A stretch of DNA of 62,059 nt, filler included. It is 12 parts of 12 records of this genome, joined end to end, with 100 filler letters (N's around TTAATTAATTAA, not from the genome) between each part and the next. Parts side by side here need not be neighbours in the genome. Positions count along the whole stretch, not along the records: positions 12,025 to 15,718 come from SRR15195285_11550; positions 15,819 to 18,839 come from SRR15195285_11571; positions 18,940 to 23,984 come from SRR15195285_11590; 9 more parts are not named here. One strand, 5' to 3'. The first letter of the stretch is position 1. Every line of letters begins with the position of its first letter. The notes below the pieces were generated by a model. The model was not told where the DNA came from. It ran no database searches and was given only the letters and a program-made list of their open reading frames with translations. Position numbers and translations under genes: made by a program. Shown here piece by piece: positions 12,025-22,200 of the stretch.

Positions 12025-14798
12025 CAGGAGCAGCAGCTTTCGCCGCAGCTCGTGCAGGAGCTCGGCGGGACGATGACTGAGCACACGGCGAAGGCACAGG
12101 AGCAGCTCAGGGCCTTAGGGCTGCCACATGCACTGGATGGCCTGAATACTCCAAGCGGCGAGATCCCACAGCGCATGCTCCGAAAAATAACTGCTTTGCA
12201 TGCCACGGGCGGTGTTGATGGCCTGGAGGCAGCGGTACGCGGTGTGCGAGTCAAGGCCGATAATCGCGCCAAGATTCTCACGAGCTGCGATGACATCATC
12301 AAGCGTGAAGCAGAGGAGGATGCCCGATATCGGGCACAGTACGGGTCCAAGTGGACCGCAAAACCCTCCGAAGTGAAGACGGTGCGTTTGCGTAAGGAAT
12401 GGAGCGCAACAAAGAAACTGTGCACCCAGGAAACGGAGAAGCTTGAGAAGATAGAGTCGCAAATCCGGGCGGCGCGCCCGGAGCTGAAGCTGGTTAGTGC
12501 ACCAGTCGATGCTATTATCAAGCAGATCCCATCTTCACTCGGCGCGCCAAATCCTTCAGTTGCGGCAGAAGTTGAGGCGGTTTCAACACAGGTGCGCGTG
12601 ACTGACTCGAAATTGCTACATGTGCTCGTCTGAATGGTATTGACACTGTGGCACCATGGAACAGCTGATGCAGCTGATTGCGCAATTGGAGGACTTGTGC
12701 GAGGCTCGTGCAGCAATTCAGGAAGCGTGGCGTGAGGCCGCGGCATCTATTGATATCCGTGGTGCGTTGCGTGGCTCCGACCCAACGCACCGAGACGCAT
12801 TGGTGAAGGTTGAGCTGCAGAAATACGACGCCCCTGCGGCTGCGGCGCGCGAGAGTGTTGCCGACCAGGCACGTATACTGCAGCTTATTAGCGAAGCACA
12901 CACGGAATTTTTACAGCTCAAACCTCCGCAGACCGAGGTAGATCGTCTTGTGCAGGAGTACTTCGATCGTTGTTCCTCCGTACGTCCCAACATCCATCCT
13001 CTTTTGGGGCACATGCGGAGATCTGAGCAATGTGTTGGTTTCGCAGGCGCTCAGGGAGGCGAGCCGATTGCGCAACGAGATCGACACCCTGATTGCCGAG
13101 CGTGAGAGCACTTCAAAACATTTTGCACGGCTGGAGCCAGAGTGCATCCGTTACGTGGAGAAGCGCGCTACGAAGCGTGTAATTCTGCTTCAGTCTTTAA
13201 GTGTTGCGCACCCGCGAGTCTACAGGCCCCCAGCTGCTCGTGCTGCTGGTGGTGGTGGTCGCGGCCGTGGCCGTGGCGCGAGAGGAACGCAGTCAGAGAC
13301 ACGCGGCCGAAGCTCAGGCTCAGGTGATCGACGGAATGGTGGTAAAGGTGGACATAGTAGTTCGTCTCAACTCCATAGTGCAGTGGAGGGCTCTAGAGCG
13401 CGGAGGTCGTCGGTTGAGCGTCCGCTTCACATAAGCACCGGTGGTAGCTGCACGTGGTGGTGGCGTGCCGGGAGCACAGCTGGCAACGACGTGTACAAAC
13501 CGTATAGCGACGCGCAATCTACGCTCCTGGAGGCTGCTTTCGTGGCCTACACGAACGGTGATGACACCGGGAAGGTCACGCTTTCGTCGGAATACGTCGT
13601 CGACTTCGCAACTATGCGGCAGCTTAATGCTCGTGACGAACGAAAATCTCGCCCCGTGCAACGACGAGAAAAACAGGCGCAAGACGATGGGAAAGTCGCG
13701 CTACCTGAAGCATGTCCATCAGGACAAGAGATTGCGCCCGAACCCGAGGCCGAGCCTGAGCCTGAATCCGAATCCCCGGTAGCGTTACCTGCAACTGTGC
13801 CACTCCCGACAGCACCGACTGACCTCGAGCCAAATGCTACGACAGCTGCCATCACAATGGGATTTGACGCTACGCTAGTAGAGCGTGTGCAGGCGGATCA
13901 ACGAGCTGCGTGTGGCAGCGGATACGAAGACCTACATGAGCTTCTGCCGGCGCTGCTTGCTAGAGAAGAGGAGGAGCGTGCTGGAATTATTCCTGGTCCG
14001 CCGCCTGCTTCAGAGTCACCACGCCCCACCGCAACCCCAGGGCTACCAGCCATCCTATCACCCGTCCAGGATCAGCCGGCAGGGGTGTGGGAATGGAAGG
14101 CGGACAGGGGGTGGAAACCATACTCCTCAGCGCAAAATGTACACATTGAAGCTGCTTGGAAGAATAGTGGTGGCGACAGCTCATCCAACCCACAGCAGCA
14201 GTCTTTACAAGGGCACATCGTGCTTGAAGGAGGTACGCACGCAATCGACTTCGCAAAGATGCGTCAAGTCAAGGTCGGTGACGAGAAGAGATCTCGTCCC
14301 GTGCGACGTCGAGAAGAACCAGTCGCACCTGCAAGTTTTGCGCCGCCAGGTGTGGCAAATGTACTTTCTCCTCGCCGCCCGATGACACCACCAGTTGTGG
14401 GCCAAGGAGACGGATCTCAGATTAGTGGCGGTGAAAGCCTGGCAGTGTGGGAGTGGAAAGCGTGCGTCGCTTACCGGCTTTGCCTTCTCAGCTCCTCATG
14501 AGCCGTTGCCACCACCAACTCTTACAGCCATAGGACTATATCGTACAGCTCCAGGTGAGCTTGATCTGAACTAATCTCATTGCTGGATGGCGATTGCGTC
14601 CACAGTGATCGTGGGTGGAAGCCATACTCACAGGAGCAGTCAGCACGGATTGAACAGGCTTTCGTCGCAAGTGGCGGCAACGGGGAGCATGTACTAGAGG
14701 GTGGCGGGTACGCGATAGACTTCTCGCACATGCGCCAGGTTAACACAGCAGACAGACGACGCTCTCGCGCCGTTCGTAGGGTTGACAAGCAAGGATGA
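12025..14798 (+). CDS. ALIX/BRO1-family V-domain protein with RGG tract, three WWE domains and an IAP-type UBA-like domain (5'-truncated; 4 exons)
   Basis: V-domain-like LRALGLPHAL...IPQRM...GGVDGL...REAEEDARYRAQYGSKWTAKPS. Three WWE repeats W.W....G/YKPYS...E.A...YxVDF..MRQ....R.V.R. AITMGFDATLV...GSGYEDLHELL. Introns at 12592-12664, 12980-13046 and 14462-14605 join in frame. Confidence 0.75.
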
Positions 14799-14961
14799 CC
14801 CCCGGCTAAGTGTCACCGATATCGTGCCGTGGGCATGTTGTGACAGTGATTCAATGTGAAATGATTGTTTTGAGTGTTTTCTGTGACCATGACCATTTTC
14901 TCTTACCATTGCACGCTCATTTTACAAGAAATGCGATACAAGCAACGATTACGAGCGCAAC

Positions 14962-15718
14962 TCATCGGTGTGGCCTACTCCTAACCCTTTCTCCGGCTTT
15001 GCGCCCGGCCATGTCCCTGAGCTCGCCTCTATCTCGGTCCCTACCTCTATCCGTGCCACGGTCTATGCGTCTATCCATGCAACTATCTAAGCCTCTAGTC
15101 CTTTCTTGAGGCCGATTCCCTTGTGTGTCGCTTCCTCTTTTGCCGTACATAAAGCGGAAACCACGCTCAGACATTTGACCGTCTACTTCACGTCGCCTAG
15201 AGCCGCTGCCAGCTGTGCTACTGCAAGATCGTTGGGTCTCTATAGAGTCTTTCAAGTTTGGCTGCACATACAGCGACTGAGCCCGGTGCCACATAAAATC
15301 CGCTTGGCTCTCGCTCGCTCGTATCGACACCGCAGCTGCAACTCGGAGATTTGCACTGAGCAGCGCGGAGATATGCTGTACTACCGTCTCGTGCAAGTAG
15401 CCTTGCTGTTGGGCCCCACTCGGCAGCACAAAAGCAGCGGATTGTGCGCCAAGCCGCGTCGACAAGGATCCGGCCCATGCAAGTCTCTGATACGCCGCCA
15501 CGCGTCCTTTTGCCCTGTTGAACTTTTGCAATGCTGCAGCACACGCGGCACAAGCCCTCGCGGTGGTCTCACAGGTAGCCCCGTTCGGCCTATACGGTAC
15601 ACCATGCTCCATTTGCTCCGACTGCACCTTCCGCACCAACTCCAGTGGCGTGAGACCCGGCGTCATGGTATCAAGTGCACTACCAGCAGGCGGCGGCGGC
15701 TGCTGCTGCTGCTGCTGC
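14962..15718 (-). CDS. Hypothetical protein, 3' fragment with DR/RG-rich tail
   Basis: Open frame running from the contig edge, convergent with the WWE gene; no recognised domain. Confidence 0.45.
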
Positions 15719-16181
15719 NNNNNNNNNNNNNNNNNNNNNNNNNNNNNNNNNNNNNNNNNNNNTTAATTAATTAANNNNNNNNNNNNNNNNNNNNNNNNNN
15801 NNNNNNNNNNNNNNNNNNAACTCCGCCGCTTTTCAGTGCTGCACCCCTTCGTTCCTATGTTGTCGAGATTATCTATTTATTCTGTATTCATAACTTGTGT
15901 ACGAAAGAAGGCCCTGTAGATTAGAAGATGCGTAAATCCACAGAGACAAATTTACGCAGTGATAGCGCCTTACCCTTAGCCCGGCGCGGCCGCCCGGCCC
16001 GGCGACCGCAGGGTGCGGGCGCGTGTGGGCCATCTCCGAGGGCCCTTCTACCCGCTTGGCTTCAAGAGGCAGGTGCCGCCCAGATCACGGCACCGCGGCG
16101 TTCACGCGTAGGCAGCCCCATCCATCGACACCGCGTGATTCAGAACTACGGTGGTGTACACGTGCGCCGCGGCCGGGTCAG

Positions 16182-17131
16182 ATGACCCACGGTCACCGGT
16201 GCTCGGTTGTGGTCACCCTGTTGCTATGCGTAGACGTCTGTCGTGCTGGAGTGGCGCCGGTGACTGGTATTCACGGGGCAGCCAAGCGAAACGAGCTGGG
16301 CGAGCTTCGGCGGCTCCTTGATCGGGGCATGAATCCTAACAAGGTAACGCAGGGTCAGATCACTGCACTCATGTGGGCAGCGGCAGAGGGCCACGTTGAG
16401 GCTGCACAGATGCTGATAGCGGCAGGAGCAGACACGGCCCCGAAGTCGTCCTGTGAGCACCATTGCTTTGACCATGCCTTCACTCTAGTGCTCGGGTGTA
16501 CAAAATCGACAGCCGTGGGCACCACCTGCTAAATGGTGATTTGCGCATCTGCATGAATGTCTATACAAGTGGGAGCGGATGCATTGCAGCTTGCCCGGCA
16601 GAGCATCTCAGATGAAAAGGTGCTGGCGGAGATGGAGGTTGTTCTTACAGGCGAGGCTCAGGCCAGCAGCGACGACGCACCCGCGGGTGCAACCAATTGT
16701 AGCCTAGCCCACAACCACTCTCTGTGTGCAGCACATAGTTGAAGTGCACATGGTGTGTGTCGTGTGTGCTGCCTCTCAGTTTGCACGTATGAATGTTTGG
16801 GCCAGGGGAGAAGGCGCCTTCTACATGTACTGGCGACGCGAGCAGTTCTGGTAGCGCGACGGTCGAAGATATGGCCGCTGGTGGGCGGAAGGCTACGCGC
16901 GCCACGCGTGAACAGGCGGCGACTTCCGAAGACGGCGCCTTGGACCCATTCTCCAAGGCACTGCGTATTCTGCATTTGAACGCAGCAGATCAGATGATTT
17001 TGGAATCCGAGCTTGTTACAGACGAAACAATGCTCATGGCTTTGTCTGAAGACGACCTAGTATCTATTGGAATCGCATCCCTCGAACAGCGTCGCGCCAG
17101 GTCCAAAGGGTCGCCGTCTGAAGTACCGTAG
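16182..17131 (+). CDS. Ankyrin-repeat protein with possible C-terminal SAM-like domain (spliced)
   Basis: IHGAAKRNE..RLLDRGMNPN; TALMWAAAEGHVEAAQMLIAAGAD; DALQLA; last exon LMALSEDDLVSIGIASLEQRR resembles SAM helices. Exon boundaries approximate. Confidence 0.65.
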
Positions 17132-17273
17132 ACTTACCAAGACCACAATCATGGCATTTGACGTCGCAAGCTGGCATGAAGAGACTGGCAATGCGCGAAT
17201 GATTGCTTGACAGCGATTGTGAATGAACGTAGCACTCCTGGCGCATTGCCATTGTTAGCCCACACAGCTGCTG

Positions 17274-18671
17274 CTAGTCAGAGCTCTTGTCGAAAATTCC
17301 TTTCACAAGATTATTGAACTCCTGCCGGGCAACGTGGATCGTATGTAGACTCTCCTCATTCGCCCTGGGATAGACACGGTTGGTGAGAAGGATTGTGATG
17401 AGGCCACGCTCAACGTCGTTGCAGACTTGGGTGCCTGTGTAACCAGTATGAGTAAATGTTAGCGCACTGAGATTCCCGCAGCCACGGTAGCTGTTCGCCA
17501 CGTGATCGTTAGTGTCCCATCCTAGGGCACGACTCGACTGGGTCTGATTGACAATTGTCGTGAACTTCCTAACGGTTGTGCCATTCACGAGCCACGAGTT
17601 CGGTCTCAAGCTCGCATCGATGCCAAGAGCAGCAGCTGCTGCTACACTGGACACCGGAGGGCCTTGCTCTGCGCGAGCCTTCATCAGCGCTGACAGCAAG
17701 AGAAAGAGGTCGCTTGCATCAGCGAAGAAGCCCGCGTGCCCTGCAATGCCGCCAAGGGCATAGGCGTTCCCATCAGACACTTGGCCTTGTAAGACGCGCC
17801 GCCGATACGGCGGCCCACCGGGCGGGGCATAACCCGACGTATCGTTCCAAGTCGGTGGGATTGAGGGCCACTCCGGTGCTGGGGGCAGAAAACCTGAGCT
17901 GGTCATCTTGTACGGCTGGGTTACTGCGGCGCGTACGAACGCTTCATACCAGCACTGCAGCACGCCACCTCCGCTATGCCCCGCAGCACAGCTCGGCAGG
18001 AGGTCGTGCACGTCCACTAGTCCGTGCTCTTTCGCCTTAGCACCCACAACGAACATCATCGTGATCATGGACAGATCACTGTACACAAATTTTGTGCCTA
18101 CTGGGTTGATCAGTGTCTGCTGCAGCACAGAGTCGTAGATCCGCTGCTGACAGCTGAAGTCTTCCAGTGGCCCACTTGGGTTGACAGTTTGTGGGCAACC
18201 GAACTGAGGATCCCAGTAGTTTGGCGAGGGGTCCGGAGGCAGGCCGGCGTCGTGCAGCAGGAGATTGCGCACGGTGATCGCGTCTTTGCCGTGCGCTGCA
18301 TAGCCAGCGCCCAGAATGGTCCAGATGGGCTCGTGCAGGCCCAGGAGGCCACGCTGGTATAGCTGCATCACGGCTGTCGTCGTCGCAATTACCTTGGTAA
18401 GGGAGGCCAGGTCGAACCGAGCATCCTCGGAGACGGGCTCGTTGGGTCCGGCGGGGGGGTCGGGATCACCCATGTAAACGCTGTTACCGAATGCCTGCTG
18501 GAACAGCAAACTGCCATTACGCAGGCCCACAAGCGCGCTGCAGCCGGGGAACACGCGCCGGTCGATGTCGGCGCGCAGCGCAGTGCGGACCGTGTCGAAG
18601 CCGTCGTCCACGGCGAGAAGCAGCTGCGGCTGCACCAAGAAGACCGCAGCCGCCAGCTTCAGCAGCAGCAT
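17274..18671 (-). CDS. Secreted beta-lactamase-fold (class C-like / S12) serine hydrolase
   Basis: Signal peptide MLLLKLAAAVFLV; FDLASLTKV (SxxK), LLLHDAGL, FVYSD, GIAGHAGFF, FTHTGYTG, LLTNRVYP; intronless. Confidence 0.9.
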   Translation of the reverse strand: MLLLKLAAAVFLVQPQLLLAVDDGFDTVRTALRADIDRRVFPGCSALVGLRNGSLLFQQAFGNSVYMGDPDPPAGPNEPVSEDARFDLASLTKVIATTTAVMQLYQRGLLGLHEPIWTILGAGYAAHGKDAITVRNLLLHDAGLPPDPSPNYWDPQFGCPQTVNPSGPLEDFSCQQRIYDSVLQQTLINPVGTKFVYSDLSMITMMFVVGAKAKEHGLVDVHDLLPSCAAGHSGGGVLQCWYEAFVRAAVTQPYKMTSSGFLPPAPEWPSIPPTWNDTSGYAPPGGPPYRRRVLQGQVSDGNAYALGGIAGHAGFFADASDLFLLLSALMKARAEQGPPVSSVAAAAALGIDASLRPNSWLVNGTTVRKFTTIVNQTQSSRALGWDTNDHVANSYRGCGNLSALTFTHTGYTGTQVCNDVERGLITILLTNRVYPRANEESLHTIHVARQEFNNLVKGIFDKSSD

Positions 18672-19293
18672 GTCGGGCGCAGCCCTCGCTGCAGTGCCAC
18701 GCGTTCGCGGCCCCGTCGACTCCTCGAGACTACTCGTTGTCGAAGGAGTTGCCACTGGAAGGTCTAGCTAGCCTACAGTAGCGCCCCGGCCCCGGGTACG
18801 ATACTACCTGCAGGGTGGCCCGCAAATGCATGATATGCANNNNNNNNNNNNNNNNNNNNNNNNNNNNNNNNNNNNNNNNNNNNTTAATTAATTAANNNNN
18901 NNNNNNNNNNNNNNNNNNNNNNNNNNNNNNNNNNNNNNNAGAGGGCATAAGGCCTTATGCCCTCTATCAAGATGTGAGTTACATCGTCGGTGTGGGGCGT
19001 GTGTAAAGTGCGCGTACATGTACGTCTGCAAATTTAATTGACGCGGAGCATGAATCAATGCGGGCATGTTTGAGTTTTAGCATTATCGTGTTCCAGTAAA
19101 CAGGGATTTGGACAGCTCAGTATAAATGTCCACATAAACGCGATGAATGAAATTGCTAAGTCTTAGGCGACTCGATCGTAACCCGAGGCCTTACGCCCGG
19201 TGTCACGCTCACAGTTTCTGTCTTGTGTTTGAGCAGGTATTGTCGAGCAAGAATGACCTTCTCCGCGAGATAATAAAAGGAATCGACCATTCA

Positions 19294-22200
19294 TTACCAT
19301 ACGCCGATCGAGTCTCGCGCTGCGTACCGCCGTACGATCTCGTCCGCCATTGCTTCATGCTCGTGATTGAGGTTGCCGCCGGCAGGCCGCATCGCGAGAA
19401 ACTCTTGATGCTGAAACAACCGCGCGATCGCCGGGTCCTTGCACGCCTGCTGCTGCTCCTCGCTTCCAAAACTCCAGCTACACGACACCACCTCGAGGTC
19501 AACATCCTGAGTAACAGTAGCGGCAATCGAGCGCTGATGACTGAGTCCTTTCTGATGGACTGCGTTGCGAAGATGCTCAAGGACAGCAGGGTCTAGCAGT
19601 GCCCCATCGGTCAACACGATGAGCAGCCGCCGCGCCGCCTTTGCCGACTCCGTGCCACCGACCGAGAGTCCACGAGCGCGCAGCGAGCTCTGAAGGCTCG
19701 ATGCTGCCACATCGCCAGCTGGTGTGGAGTGAACGATTGCCACGTAGATGCTTTCGGGCTGGGCCAATGCTGCTGGCGCCGTCGGTGCACGCGCGAACGT
19801 AGACGCTTGGCGCGCTAGGCCACCGACAGGGACGGACGTTGTGCGCAGCAAATCGTCTGGAGACGTCAGGCTCGAAATGCTGTGCAGCCCATTCCTAGCC
19901 AAAATCGTCGCAATCATCGCGTTTGACTCGAAGTTGCGTCGGCGGTACGGAATCATCTGATCGATGTTGGCGTGGATCACGCCGGCAACCGTCTCCATCA
20001 TGTGTGTAGCCGCCGCTTTTCCACGACCCTCAACCTTGGCCAGCTCCTCTTTGCACCATGCATGCTCGTCGCTTGTCTTGCACTCTTGTGTCCACTCGTC
20101 GTAGTTGAACGGGTTGAAGCGCGGTTCAGTCTCGCACACAAGCATCACGTCCTTTTCCAGTTTGGCCGCGACGAAGATTTCCTCGATGCAGTACGGACGG
20201 AAAAGCACACCGTGCGTCAACACGAGCATGAAACACTGTGAATCCTCGACACCTTTTCTCATGCCTTCGAGGGTAAGGTTGTCCGCCTCCATATCGAGCC
20301 AACAAGAACAGCCCGACTTCTCTAGCATAAGGTATAGGCTGCGCACGAGGTCTGCCGCCTCCTTCTGAAAGTGTGATAGGAAAAAGTGGGTCGACGAAGG
20401 AACTGGTGCAGGTGTGGGCGCGTCCACTGAGAGGAATCGATGCGCCAGAATTTGACTCATCGACGGGCGTCTCGACGGGTCGGCCTGCAGGCAACGTGCG
20501 ATCAGGTTTTGTGCAGCTGAACGCTGCGCGTCTGTGCACGCGGAACTCTCGGCGAACACTCTCGCGAGCCGCGCATTGTCGATCGTCCTCCAGTTCAAGA
20601 GCTCAATCTTGCTTGTTGAGTCGTTCAGGTTGTCGTCAGACCGATCGGCATTGAACAACGGCAGGCTAGCGGCCAGCTCGTACAGCACACAGCCAAGGCT
20701 CCAGCTGTCAATTGACGTCGCCGAGACAGGTGGCTCAGTAGTCCCCAGAAGGATATGCGTCACGAGCTCCGGCGGGGCATACGCGGTCGAGGCCTTCAGG
20801 CCGGCCCCCCAGGCAGGTATCTTGCTCCCTATTCGGGACGCGGCATCCATGTCGATGACGCACAAGCGGCTGCTGCCATCATCTGCTCTAAAGCGGCAGA
20901 AGTTGCGCGGCTTGACGTCGCTGTGGACCAGACCTTGCTGATGCAAGTGCTGCAGACACTGTGTCATCTGCATGACAGCTAGCCGCACCCACTCTACGTC
21001 GCGCCCAACCTTTCGTTCGCTGCTGACAGCATCGAAGAGCGAACAATCACCAAGTGGCATCGCGAGCAGGAACTCAGACTCATCCACTTGCTGTCCCGAA
21101 GCACCATGGCGATGGAGCCGTCGAGCCCTCTCTGCTGGATCGATGCGCATCGCTTCTCGAACTCCAACGACATACCTCTCCTCCAGGTGACACTCTCGCC
21201 GCGCTGACACTTCCCGGTCCCACTCGGTCTCCTTTCGCATGATCTTGACGGCGACTGCGGCTTTCTCACGGCGCCGCTCGAGATCCACGCCCTTGAAGAC
21301 GATGCATGTCTCCGACTGATGAAGCTGGTCGAGGAGGCGGAAGCGGCCGGCATAGCTACCGTAAGTTCTTGACCATTCCCGGAGCGCAGCAACAGTGCTG
21401 TTGCTGGAGATAGCTGCAGGCGTGGTGTGTGAACCCGCGTCTCCGTTCAACTCAGCATGCAGATCGCCACCGTACTCGAGCAACAAACTACAGAGCGTGA
21501 GGTCCAGGTTATCGCCGCAGGTTGTTGCGAATAGAACAGCGCAGTAGAGCGGAGTGCGGCCATTTTTGTCTCTGCCGCGAGGGTCCGCCCCTAGTTCCAG
21601 CGCAAGCTGCATCGCACGATCGACGCGGCGACCCCATGCACCATCTGTGCGTGTGCGCAATATGAAGTCAGATCGATCGATACCTTGGCCTCGACAGAAG
21701 GACAGCATTGTGTCCGGCTCATCGTCGACAAGCATGGATGCGAGCCACTGCAAGACTGTGTTACCCTCCGCATCGGTGGCTTCGATGCCAGCCTGCCCTG
21801 ACGCAATGATGAGGCGTGCTGCGTCTCGGCGCTCCGTAAGAAGTGCCAATCGAAGTGCAGCGTGCTGCTGCTCAGTGCTACTGAAGGCACTCCCTCCATG
21901 ATCCAGCACAGTCTCGAACAGCTCTTGACTACCGAGCACAGCAAGGACGAGCGGTGATGATGTGCCACGCGGCAGCACGAAACGCTTCGGACGTGAAGTG
22001 CCCAGCAATCCCTTTAAACTGTACAGAGCGTCCACTTCTGCATCCTCCTCTGGAGTCTCACTCCCCCTTGCTCCTGATTTGTGCCGGTTGCCAAAGAGCT
22101 TGCCGACCTGCCTGGACACGGTTCCCAACAGCTTGGCACAAGACGCAATGCATAAAAGCCCAGCGGTAAAGAAAGGGCCTGCCTGAATTGATTGTACTAG

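Noticed and set aside
18940-18965. Perfect 26-bp palindrome AGAGGGCATAAGGCCTTATGCCCTCT as a hairpin telomere or element end
   Set aside because: It starts exactly at a contig edge, where fold-back or amplification artefacts are common; no second copy was seen.
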